A stretch of 24,235 nucleotides of DNA, taken from IMG/VR virus record IMGVR_UViG_3300027808_000164, positions 1 to 24,235 of that record, one strand, 5' to 3'. This document shows, piece by piece, positions 7,173 through 15,676 of the stretch. The notes under the pieces were generated by a model. It searched no databases, had not been told where the DNA came from, and saw nothing but the letters and a program-made list of their open reading frames with translations. The translations under genes were made by a program, and so were the position numbers. The DNA is from a virus. Its lineage: Duplodnaviria; Caudoviricetes. How positions within the stretch are numbered: the first letter of the stretch is position 1; every line of letters starts with the position of its first letter.

Positions 7173-7270
7173 ACGACCAACCGCACTTCACTGCACATAC
7201 GGCACGTTTCATAATCGCCTTCTGTTGATTTAACATAAAGCCAATCGTGATTACAAGATTTTGAGATCAT
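7169..7270 (-). CDS. 33-aa Zn-finger microprotein
   Basis: MISKSCNHDWLYVKSTEGDYETCRMCSEVRLVV (CxHxW...CxxC); ATGA coupling downstream. Confidence 0.55.
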   Translation of the reverse strand: MISKSCNHDWLYVKSTEGDYETCRMCSEVRLVV

Positions 7271-8429
7271 CCCATTTACCTTCCCCAACTGTGAGCGTAA
7301 GCATTCCTGCTGGTGCTGCTTGTCCTGATGAATTTTCAAACCATTGTGAACCGCCATCCAAGGCACACGTTTGGATGTGAGTCTTGCGCCCTGACTGTTC
7401 AACGCGCAAGTGATGGTAGTGACCACTAAGCAACAACGTAGCTTCACCTATGTCTTGCTGACCGTGTGCTTGATTCTTCCACCAATCAATTGCCTTACCC
7501 CTGCATTGGTGACCGTGAATCAAACCAACAACTGTGCCAGCCATGTCTAGCGTTACTGAGAGTGTGTCGTATTGGGGAAAGACAAAACTAACGTGCTGGT
7601 AATTTGGGTGATCACTTAGCGCATCAGCTACGGCAGAAGCCGCATCTAAGGCAAACGAATCTGTGTAGGTAGTTGCCATTGAGTTACCAACACGCACCGC
7701 TTCATCATGGTTACCGGGAACACAAGGAACAATCACACGCTCAGCTAGTGGAGCGAATGTTTTAACCATGTGCAACAGCAACCTGCGATAGACACGAATC
7801 TGTGAAGTCAGGTCTAAGTCTGTTCGCCAGATGTGCTTGCCACCTTGCGAGTTCATGCCTTCAATGCAGTCACCTAGTTGTGGAAGATAGACCGTGTTAA
7901 TTTCCCTGCCTGACTTGCGCAGTTCTTTTAGTCGTGTTGCTGCTAGATCGGTCTTGTGTAAGACATTCTTAATGATTTCCTCAGAGCCACCACCGTCAAT
8001 CTTTCCAACTTGGGTGTCTGCTAGTACCACAACGTAGGCTACGGGGCTTACAGACCCCTTTATGGGGCTAGAAACGGGCTTCTGTGGTTTCCACTTACTA
8101 ACTACTTCTAGTAGATCATCTATGGGAACGTGCAACGCGCCACTTGTAGGCACAAACGTAGCCCTAAAAGACTCAAGCCATGTTTCATCCCAGCGTTGCC
8201 ACTTGCTTCTGCGTAGTCCTGTTATACGCCACTTAGCAGGGTCAAGTTCAAACTCAGCTAGTAGTTCGGCGTGGTCAGGTTCATCGCCTGCTGGTCTAGG
8301 AATAGAACGTAGAACGCCACCGCTTGAGTCGTACTCAATGCCCGGCTCAAAGCCTGAAGGAATGTCCTTGCGTTCACGCTTGCGTTGCTCGTCATTACCT
8401 AGTTGGCTTAGATCATCGGCAAGGCTCAT
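7251..8429 (-). CDS. calcineurin-like metallophosphoesterase
   Basis: All five motifs present in order: LADTQVG, GDCIEG, PGNHDE, IHGH, SGHYHH. Confidence 0.9.
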   Translation of the reverse strand: MSLADDLSQLGNDEQRKRERKDIPSGFEPGIEYDSSGGVLRSIPRPAGDEPDHAELLAEFELDPAKWRITGLRRSKWQRWDETWLESFRATFVPTSGALHVPIDDLLEVVSKWKPQKPVSSPIKGSVSPVAYVVVLADTQVGKIDGGGSEEIIKNVLHKTDLAATRLKELRKSGREINTVYLPQLGDCIEGMNSQGGKHIWRTDLDLTSQIRVYRRLLLHMVKTFAPLAERVIVPCVPGNHDEAVRVGNSMATTYTDSFALDAASAVADALSDHPNYQHVSFVFPQYDTLSVTLDMAGTVVGLIHGHQCRGKAIDWWKNQAHGQQDIGEATLLLSGHYHHLRVEQSGRKTHIQTCALDGGSQWFENSSGQAAPAGMLTLTVGEGKWDDLKIL

Positions 8430-8668
8430 TTACAAGCACATCCCTTTTCTTTTATCCCACGCAGTCTGTGACGAGTGATTGTCTTGCGGTGTACCAGATG
8501 CCCATGTTTGGCTAACACTCGTGAAAGCGATGTTGCTGAAGTATCGGGGTCATCAATTGCTTTCTCTATTGCTGCTGCTTCTTTAGCAGGTACTGAGATG
8601 AGTAGCTGTTTAACAGCACATAAATAGATTGCTTTGCTTACGTTTTCTAGATCGTCAAGTAGGGTCAT
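8426..8668 (-). CDS. small HTH/Zn-binding protein
   Basis: C...SATSLSRVLAKHGH..HRKTITRHR....CAC; SD GAAAGG; ATGA coupled to the phosphoesterase. Confidence 0.7.
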   Translation of the reverse strand: MTLLDDLENVSKAIYLCAVKQLLISVPAKEAAAIEKAIDDPDTSATSLSRVLAKHGHLVHRKTITRHRLRGIKEKGCACK

Positions 8669-8708
8669 TGGTGACCACCTTTCGGATAGGTTAGGTCAAG
8701 GCTACCGA

Positions 8709-8999
8709 TTAGATGGATAAGGTTGTTGCTTTTCTAGCGCGTGTCGCTGGTTTTGTTACCAGTTCCTCAATGGAATTTAGCCTGTAATCAAGGTCTTTAA
8801 TGTTGGACTCGATGCGGTTCACGGTGTTAGCAATATCTGGGAGCGCACGACCACCGTTTGAGTCTGGGTGGATTGGGTAAGTGGCCTGATCTATGTACGC
8901 CTTAATGGGTTTAACAATGCCCCACTTGATAGCCATGCCAAAGAGAATAGCGATAGCAGTTAGGGCTGCTGCGTACTGCCCTAGTTCCAGAATGCCCAT
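8709..8999 (-). CDS. membrane protein with coiled coil (lysis-cassette/holin-like)
   Basis: N-terminal TM helix, P..NGG.AL.D motif, then coiled coil; last gene of the lysis cassette. Confidence 0.7.
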   Translation of the reverse strand: MGILELGQYAAALTAIAILFGMAIKWGIVKPIKAYIDQATYPIHPDSNGGRALPDIANTVNRIESNIKDLDYRLNSIEELVTKPATRARKATTLSI

Positions 9000-9391
9000 T
9001 AGATTTTCTTAGCTTTAATTTGCCGACCATCTAGAACTATTGGCGCATTGCCGTCATGCCATACCCAGAAACCAATAGGCATCTTAGGGTCGCAGTCAAT
9101 CGTGTGTGACCAATGCGAATGATAAACCTTGCCACCCCAGTTAGAAGTGTTCTTGTCATCGTGACCAGTCTCATCAAGTTGCTTTGTGTTTGGGTAGCGA
9201 CATAAACGACCACGCAAAACGTCACCTGCACCTGTTGAATACTCAACGCGCAGAACAATAGTCCATTCCCATACGCCAGTTTCAGGAACAGTAAACGATT
9301 CCTTGCCTGCAAACTTTACATAAGTCCAAGTCTTAGGCGGAATAGATTGTTTAGCCTTACCTGATTCATCCTTGAATAGGATGCCACTCAT
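8999..9391 (-). CDS. aromatic beta-rich protein coupled to the lysin
   Basis: Start reassigned to MSGILFKDES (ATGA overlap with the M23 stop); Trp/His-rich. Confidence 0.65.
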   Translation of the reverse strand: MSGILFKDESGKAKQSIPPKTWTYVKFAGKESFTVPETGVWEWTIVLRVEYSTGAGDVLRGRLCRYPNTKQLDETGHDDKNTSNWGGKVYHSHWSHTIDCDPKMPIGFWVWHDGNAPIVLDGRQIKAKKI

Positions 9392-9786
9392 GATGCTAGG
9401 ATTCCTGCTGGGTCGAGTCCGCCACCCTTTTTCCAAGCTGCGCCTGCTTGCAGTTCCATGTGAAGATGCGGCCCGGTTACGTTTCCTTCTGCTCCAACCT
9501 CAGCAATGTGCATTCCCTTAGTAACTACTTGACCAACTTTGACCAAGGCTTTCGAGCAATGAGCAAATAGAAGATGTCCACCTTCTACCTTTAACAAGAC
9601 TGAGTGCTGTCCAAATGCCTTGCCCCAGCATTGTCCAACTTTGACAACTGTTCCATCGCAAGGTGCAAGAATGTCTGTACCGACAGGTGCTGCAATGTCA
9701 ATGCCTTCATGCTTTCCACTTGACCATCTTTTCCCTTTGACTCCAAACGGTGTCGAAACAGGGTATCCGTTAATTGGCATTGCCAT
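9388..9786 (-). CDS. M23 family peptidase endolysin
   Basis: HEGIDIAAP (HxxxD), AHCS, VKVGQVVTKG, GNVTGPHLHME (HxH). Confidence 0.93.
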   Translation of the reverse strand: MAMPINGYPVSTPFGVKGKRWSSGKHEGIDIAAPVGTDILAPCDGTVVKVGQCWGKAFGQHSVLLKVEGGHLLFAHCSKALVKVGQVVTKGMHIAEVGAEGNVTGPHLHMELQAGAAWKKGGGLDPAGILAS

Positions 9787-9788
9787 AA

Positions 9789-9968
9789 TTAGTCCTCATC
9801 ATCTTGTCTTAAAGGTAATGTTATCAGCCACACCAAAGCACCAATGCCTATGAGATAACCCGTAACTGTACGCGCTGAACCTGTCAATGTTGCATATGCA
9901 ATCAAAAGACCGACAAAGGTGTAAGTCTCGCTTGTGATCTCACGCAGGTATTTCTTTATCCATTTCAT
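9789..9968 (-). CDS. 59-aa two-TM membrane protein
   Basis: Manual ORF MKWIKKYLREITSETYTFVGLLIAYATLTGSARTVTGYLIGIGALVWLITLPLRQDDED; ATGA overlap with the 428-aa gene. Confidence 0.8.
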   Translation of the reverse strand: MKWIKKYLREITSETYTFVGLLIAYATLTGSARTVTGYLIGIGALVWLITLPLRQDDED

Positions 9969-11251
9969 TTTGTTTTCCTAACTTGTGCTACCTGCGTTAC
10001 AACGACTGCTGCAACTACTGTGTTTTGTGCTGTCTCTCGTTCTTCTGTTGTCATGTCTTGACCAATACTGGTTAATGCCTTTAGTGCTTTAGCAGGGTTC
10101 TCTAAAAGTGTGGCTAGAACTTCTGCGCCTGAGTCAAAGATTTCCAAGGCATCTGCAACTTCGGCAGTTAAGACAACGCCGTTCTCTAAAGTAACTGGTG
10201 TTTCAGGTGGCAAGTCCTCAAAGTCCAGCCCGGCTTCTTGTAAAGCTTCAAAGGTAATTGCTTCGCCAGCAAACTCCTCAAGCAAAGCATCAGCTACAAG
10301 TTCACGTTCATCGTCAGTAAGCACGCCATCAGCTAATGCATCATCTATAACTTCTTGCGTTAGTTCCTCAATGGTCGGTTCAATAACGGCTTCAATGATT
10401 GGCTCTAAATCTGGCACTAAATCTAGTGCTATCACTTCTGGTATTGACTCAACATCTGGCACAATTATTTCTTCAGGGATTAGTTCTAGAACAGGCTCAG
10501 GCAGAATCTCAGGCACGACAATTTCAGGGATAGGTTCAATGTATGGTGATTCACTTTGACTAGGTTCAGGCGTTGGCGTTGGCTCTGGGTTCAGGCTGGG
10601 TACAACGCTTGCAGTCGGTTCAGGCTCTGGGGTTTGTGTCGGTACTGGAGTAGGTAGCACTGGTGGTTCTGTGAATGAACTTGGAACTGGTGCAGGTGGG
10701 ACTTCGATAGGCACGCCACCGTTTACATCAAAGGCAGCTTCGATTGGCACGACTGCTTGACCTTGTTCAAAGCGAATCCCACGCCGTAAGTTCTCAGGCA
10801 ACCAACCAAAGGTGACTACTTCACCATGCCAGCCACCGTCATCAGCGCGGTTAATCACTAGACGTATCTGAGTTAGATCACCAGTTGATTGTGGGTAAGG
10901 TCGAACGCTCCACTCAGCGCAGAAGGTATTCGCAGTTGAGCCGTAGCTTAGATACGCACCTTCACCAAATGAAACCCAGTCATACCCGGCAACAGATACA
11001 GACGGTGTTTGTGGGTAGTCACTGTAATTGCCATCAGGTACGCCAAATGTCATCGTGCCATTAGTTGAAACATAGACATTGCTGTACTCAGTAGCACCTA
11101 GCGTAAGCGTGAACGGCAGGTTGGCATTGTAGGCAGAATCATCATCGCCAGTAAATGTGTAAGTGTTACAAACAACATCGGCTTGAACAGGTGTCGCAAA
11201 CATGAATGCTCCGACTATTAGCGCAGTTAGGAAAACCCTTGTGCGCTTCAT
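9965..11251 (-). CDS. secreted acidic protein: signal peptide, beta domain, Pro/Thr/Glu linker, acidic helical domain
   Basis: MKRTRVFLTALIVGAFMFATPVQA| signal peptide; Y.NVYVSTNGTMTFG domain; PTPVPTQTPEPEP linker; hydrophobic plus basic C-terminus. Confidence 0.75.
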   Translation of the reverse strand: MKRTRVFLTALIVGAFMFATPVQADVVCNTYTFTGDDDSAYNANLPFTLTLGATEYSNVYVSTNGTMTFGVPDGNYSDYPQTPSVSVAGYDWVSFGEGAYLSYGSTANTFCAEWSVRPYPQSTGDLTQIRLVINRADDGGWHGEVVTFGWLPENLRRGIRFEQGQAVVPIEAAFDVNGGVPIEVPPAPVPSSFTEPPVLPTPVPTQTPEPEPTASVVPSLNPEPTPTPEPSQSESPYIEPIPEIVVPEILPEPVLELIPEEIIVPDVESIPEVIALDLVPDLEPIIEAVIEPTIEELTQEVIDDALADGVLTDDERELVADALLEEFAGEAITFEALQEAGLDFEDLPPETPVTLENGVVLTAEVADALEIFDSGAEVLATLLENPAKALKALTSIGQDMTTEERETAQNTVVAAVVVTQVAQVRKTK

Positions 11252-11494
11252 TTACTTCTTGCCGTTGGCCTTACTAAATGATTCGTTGATTTCTGACTCA
11301 TCAAGTTTTCCGTCAGCTATGTAAGCACGAGCCAGACCTTCAAGCACAATAGCCACACCAAGAATTGCAGCCATGCTTGCAGACTTCCACAACTCAACAC
11401 CGATGATAGAACCAGCACCGATTGTTCCCATGACAGATGCAACAACTACTGCAACCATGCGAGTGATTATGTCTTTGACTTGCTTGCGCTTCAA
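11252..11494 (-). CDS. two-TM holin-like protein
   Basis: TTG start with GGAG SD; two hydrophobic helices; C-terminal ADGKLDESEINE. Confidence 0.7.
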   Translation of the reverse strand: MKRKQVKDIITRMVAVVVASVMGTIGAGSIIGVELWKSASMAAILGVAIVLEGLARAYIADGKLDESEINESFSKANGKK

Positions 11495-11535
11495 TGTAAC
11501 TCCAAAAATGTTAAGCGCAGGGTGTTAAGACAAGT

Positions 11536-11880
11536 TTACCGTGCTACTACCCAGTCTTGATTTACTTCATCCCAAGTGTAAATTTTGCCGTCAGTTGGGT
11601 AAGGCACTGGTGGTTCCCATCGGCAAGTATCTTCATCAAAAATAAAGTATTCAAAAGGCTTAGGTGGAATAAAAGCATCGCGCCCTGCATCGTATGTGTA
11701 ACCAATGCCGGCGTAGTTCTTGCGAATGTTTCCGTTGTATGAAGTACGAACACAAGTTTGACTTCTGAACTTGCCGTACCAAACGTCAGGTGCTTCACCC
11801 TCGATTAGTTCTGTTTCATCAACACCAACAATTACCTCAGTGACAATGTTGTTGTCATCTAAAAAAGCGTAATGAGCCAT
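11536..11880 (-). CDS. conserved partner of glycine-rich fibres (putative fibre assembly/accessory protein)
   Basis: MAHYAFLDDNNIVTEVIV...RTSYNGNIRKNYAGIGYTYD..RDAFIPPKP...W.PP.PYP.DG..Y.W.E, a family recalled from memory as following Gly-rich tail genes. Confidence 0.7.
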   Translation of the reverse strand: MAHYAFLDDNNIVTEVIVGVDETELIEGEAPDVWYGKFRSQTCVRTSYNGNIRKNYAGIGYTYDAGRDAFIPPKPFEYFIFDEDTCRWEPPVPYPTDGKIYTWDEVNQDWVVAR

Positions 11881-11897
11881 TTAATTTATTCCTATTC

Positions 11898-12665
11898 CTA
11901 GACTGCATATCTAATAACAACAATACCTGCACAACCGAGCGTTCCAGCTCCTGCACCGTCACCGCCGCCACCGCCATCACCGGGATTAACACCTGCTGGG
12001 CCTTGACCATTGGCAGCATTTTGACCACCTCGACCACCTGTTGCATAAGTCACAGAAACGCCAGTTGAATAATCATTTGCTAAACCAGCACCACCGAGTC
12101 CTGCGGTTGTAATACCAGGGGCATTTGTACCAGCAGCACTCTTACCACCGCCACCACCACCAGCAACCTGTGTAACTCCTAGAGTACCGTTAGCATTACC
12201 ACCATTGTTACCTTGACCAACAATTCCTGTACCACCAGCGGAGTTCGTTCCGTAGCCACCGCCACCACCAGAACCACCAGAGCCACCGGGATTTCCATTA
12301 CCGTTACCACCACCAGTAGCACTAATGGCATCAAATACGGATGCGTTGCCACTGCTATCAAGTGCTGCAACAGCACCAACTGTTACAGTTTTTGCAGTCG
12401 CTGTTACCGTTGTGCTTCCAACTAACATACCGCCTGCGCCACAACCACCAGAAGCAACACCTGACACGGTATTACTTGAACCACTACCACCACCAGCAAC
12501 AACCAAGTAATCAACCGTCAAAGGTACAAACGGCGTAAATGTTCCTGAGCTTGTAAAAGTATGAGAAAAATAAACTGTTGTGCCAACGGTATAACTATTG
12601 ACTGTTCCACCAGATGCCTGCACTTGTTGTGCGACACCAGATGCAACCGTTCCTAAAAGCATCAT
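11898..12665 (-). CDS. glycine-rich (polyglycine II) adhesin, one module
   Basis: SGGTV...HTFTSSGTF, DYLVVAGGGSG, GGSGGGG repeats, ends GIVVIRYAV. Confidence 0.8.
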   Translation of the reverse strand: MMLLGTVASGVAQQVQASGGTVNSYTVGTTVYFSHTFTSSGTFTPFVPLTVDYLVVAGGGSGSSNTVSGVASGGCGAGGMLVGSTTVTATAKTVTVGAVAALDSSGNASVFDAISATGGGNGNGNPGGSGGSGGGGGYGTNSAGGTGIVGQGNNGGNANGTLGVTQVAGGGGGGKSAAGTNAPGITTAGLGGAGLANDYSTGVSVTYATGGRGGQNAANGQGPAGVNPGDGGGGGDGAGAGTLGCAGIVVIRYAV

Positions 12666-13192
12666 GCCTTTAGATCACCAATCACAACCCATGTATCGGC
12701 AGCACGTTTAAGTAAAGTTGCGCTGGAGTATTGTGCGCGAAGTACAAGACCCGGCGTACCGTTCAAAGTCACGCCTGTTCCAGCTGCCGTAGCGACAGTT
12801 GCAGTACCAACAGATAGTAGATTTATTTGGCAACCGATTGGGAATGTGTAGGTTGCATCAGGTAGAACCGTCACTGTAACTGTTCCTGAACCAGTTGCAT
12901 TGACCTGCAAAAGATCGCCAGCATCGCCAGCACCTAGATTGAAACTTGCAGTTGCAGCTGTTCTTACATTTATGACTGAATCAATAGGGTTAAAGCTCAC
13001 ACCATCGTAAGTTTCAACAATGTTTGTGTCTGATAAGTAAGTAACCATGCCCTCAGTAGGCACGGGTACGGCAGATGCACGCGCTGCACTTGAAGCATAA
13101 ACCTGCGTTGCTTGTTGCATTAGATAGGTATTTACTTCTGTTGCCGTAAGTACCGCGCCAGCAGTAAAAGTCTTAAATCCTGCGCCAGCCAT
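12662..13192 (-). CDS. tail fibre anchor/minor tail protein B
   Basis: MAGAGFKTFTAGAVLTATEVNTYLM N-terminus; C-terminal LRAQYSSATLLKRAADTWVVIGDL. Confidence 0.75.
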   Translation of the reverse strand: MAGAGFKTFTAGAVLTATEVNTYLMQQATQVYASSAARASAVPVPTEGMVTYLSDTNIVETYDGVSFNPIDSVINVRTAATASFNLGAGDAGDLLQVNATGSGTVTVTVLPDATYTFPIGCQINLLSVGTATVATAAGTGVTLNGTPGLVLRAQYSSATLLKRAADTWVVIGDLKA

Positions 13193-13228
13193 TGTTACTC
13201 CTAAGTTTGTCTTGTATGTAGTTTATCG

Positions 13229-15676
13229 TTAAATGATTACTGAGCCAGTGCCAGCAGTAAAGGTGTAAACCTTGTACCCTGAACGGCTTACTGCACTGAG
13301 TGTGTAAGTCAATCCTCCACCAATACTTTGTAGGTCAGCAAATGAATTTGGGTAAGCGATGATCACGATACCAGAACCACCAGCACCGCCATTGGCAGAA
13401 CTGTTTGCGCCACCGCCACCAGTGCCAGTGTTAGCACTTCCGCTTGTTCCGTTAGACGGCGCACTTTCATTTCCACCTTTACCACCAACAGCGTAAGTAA
13501 CTGATGAGCCACTTATAGAATTTGCTGCACCACTGCCACCTGCGCCACCAGTAGTTCCTGAGTTGATGCTGCCAACCGCACTTGCGCCACCACCACCGCC
13601 ACCACCTTGTGTACCACCGCCACCAGTTGGTGTTGCTCCAGCAAAACCTTGACCCGAAGTACCTGCGCCACCTGCGCCAGCAGTTCCCGGTGAACTTTGA
13701 TTATTACCAGAGCCGCCACCGCCAGAACCACCACTTGCACCTGAGCCACTTGATACTTGGTCGGAGCCACCGCCACCACCTGCAAGTGATGTGATTGTAG
13801 AAAAAACAGAATTAGAACCCGTCACTCCACGAGAAGTACGAACAGTAGAACCAGCACCACCAGCACCGATTGTTACCGTGTATGAAGTGTCAGCAACAAC
13901 AGCTTGCGTGCCAGTAAAGTAACCACCTGCGCCACCACCACCTGCACCCGTACCGTTACCACCGTTTGTACCACCACCGCCTGCGCCTGCAACAACTAGG
14001 TACTCAACTAATGTAGGTGTTAGTGCAAAAGTAATAGAACCTGTTCCAGCAGTAAATGTTGTGACTCTATGTCCTGTAACTATTGCAGTTGTAAAAGTTA
14101 AACCTGATCCACCAGTAATAGTGAATGATGCAGGGTAGCGAATTATGACAATGCCTGAACCGCCTGCGCCAGATGTATGAGTTCCAGAGTCTGTTGAATT
14201 TCTAACACCACCACCACCGCCACCTGTGTTCACAGTTCCAGATGTTGCAGGTGTTGTTGATCCAGCAGTACCAGCACCACCGCCACCAGTGCCACCAGCA
14301 CCACCTGAACTATCACCAGAAGCACCACCACCACCTGCGCGTGTTACTGAAGTTCCAGTTATTGAAGATGCTGAGCCAGCACCGCCTGTGCCACCAGTGC
14401 CGCCCGAACCGTTTGAGCCAACCGCACTTGCTCCACCACCACCACCACCAGAACCATTAACGCCATTGCCACCAGCAGAACCTTGACCAGCAGTACCAGC
14501 AGCACCTGTATTTGTTGGCGATGTATTGTAGCCACCTGCGCCACCACCTGAACCACCAGTTAATGCAGCAACAGTTTGATATGCACCACCACCGCCACCA
14601 CCAGTAGAAGTAATTGTGCTAAAAACAGAATTGACACCACTATTGCCTGCTGATGGGGTTGAACCAGTGCTAACTGCTGCTGCTCCACCTGCGCCGACTG
14701 TAACCGTAAATGAACTAGCAACGTCAATAGAAGTTAATCCTGTTAAATAACCACCTGCACCACCGCCACCGCCGACTCTTGCACCACCTGAGCCACCACC
14801 AGCGACAACTAAGTATTCAGTTGAAACTTTTGATGTGTTGTATCTAATAACACCAGTACCAGCAGTGAACGTGTAAACCTTGTAACCTGCGCGTGATGTT
14901 GTGTCTAGTGTGTAAGTAAAACCAGTGCCAATAAATAGATCGTTGAAAGTGTTTGCGTAAGCAATTATGACTATGCCTGAACCACCTGCTGAACCAGTGC
15001 CAGCACCATTTGAACCACCACCACCACCGCCACCTGTGTTTACAGTTCCTGCAAGAGATGTAACACTGCTACTATTAGCACCGCCACGACCACCGCCACC
15101 TGAACCGCCTGATGCACTTGAACCACTAGCACCAGAGCCACCGCCACCACCGCCAGCGCGTGTTACAGAAGTTCCAGTTATAGATGATGCTAAACCTGCA
15201 CCACCATTTGATGGACTGCCAGCATTAGATTCTCCAACTGCTCCAGCACCACCACCACCGCCACCTGAACCATCACTTGTGTAATAAGTTCCAGCACCAC
15301 CAGCAAAACCTTGACCTGCAGTTGCAGCACCACCAGCACCAGTTCGTCTGCCACCACCGCCACCTGAACCACCAGTGCCACCAGTTGTGTTATACTTTTT
15401 ACCCGCACCACCACCGATTGATGTTAAAGATGCAAAGACAGAATCAGAACCTTGATTTCCATTCGTGTCAGCAGGTACACCAGCACCACCAGCACCAATA
15501 GTTAGTGTGTATGAAGTGTCATTAACTAATGCTTGTGTGCCTGTTAAATAACCACCTGCTCCACCGCCAGAACCTACGTCTGAACCACCAGAGCCACCAC
15601 CAGCAATAACTAAGTATTCGACAGTTGGCGTGGCAGTTGTTCTGGCTGAACAGGTGAAGCCAAATAGACCAAACAT
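13229..15676 (-). CDS. glycine-rich adhesin/tail fibre, three tandem modules (815 aa)
   Basis: Start reassigned to MFGLFGF (TAATG at 15676); three copies of EYLV(I/V)AG...SGIVII(A/R)Y...V.TFTAGTG. Confidence 0.85.
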   Translation of the reverse strand: MFGLFGFTCSARTTATPTVEYLVIAGGGSGGSDVGSGGGAGGYLTGTQALVNDTSYTLTIGAGGAGVPADTNGNQGSDSVFASLTSIGGGAGKKYNTTGGTGGSGGGGGRRTGAGGAATAGQGFAGGAGTYYTSDGSGGGGGGAGAVGESNAGSPSNGGAGLASSITGTSVTRAGGGGGGSGASGSSASGGSGGGGRGGANSSSVTSLAGTVNTGGGGGGGSNGAGTGSAGGSGIVIIAYANTFNDLFIGTGFTYTLDTTSRAGYKVYTFTAGTGVIRYNTSKVSTEYLVVAGGGSGGARVGGGGGAGGYLTGLTSIDVASSFTVTVGAGGAAAVSTGSTPSAGNSGVNSVFSTITSTGGGGGGAYQTVAALTGGSGGGAGGYNTSPTNTGAAGTAGQGSAGGNGVNGSGGGGGGASAVGSNGSGGTGGTGGAGSASSITGTSVTRAGGGGASGDSSGGAGGTGGGGAGTAGSTTPATSGTVNTGGGGGGVRNSTDSGTHTSGAGGSGIVIIRYPASFTITGGSGLTFTTAIVTGHRVTTFTAGTGSITFALTPTLVEYLVVAGAGGGGTNGGNGTGAGGGGAGGYFTGTQAVVADTSYTVTIGAGGAGSTVRTSRGVTGSNSVFSTITSLAGGGGGSDQVSSGSGASGGSGGGGSGNNQSSPGTAGAGGAGTSGQGFAGATPTGGGGTQGGGGGGGASAVGSINSGTTGGAGGSGAANSISGSSVTYAVGGKGGNESAPSNGTSGSANTGTGGGGANSSANGGAGGSGIVIIAYPNSFADLQSIGGGLTYTLSAVSRSGYKVYTFTAGTGSVII

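Noticed and set aside
8605-8617. Palindrome GCTGT-TTA-ACAGC matching the operator core
   Set aside because: It lies inside a CDS with GC rather than A/T flanks and may be chance, so it was not counted in the regulon.
12179-15501. Poly-Pro, poly-His and poly-Val ORFs in other frames or on the plus strand
   Set aside because: They are shadows of GGT/GGC glycine codon runs in the adhesin genes, with no SD or independent signals.
13229-15676. CRISPR array or DGR template/variable repeat in the repetitive region
   Set aside because: The repeats are in-frame protein modules. Mismatches are at synonymous positions rather than adenine-specific, and no reverse transcriptase or cas gene is in the window.
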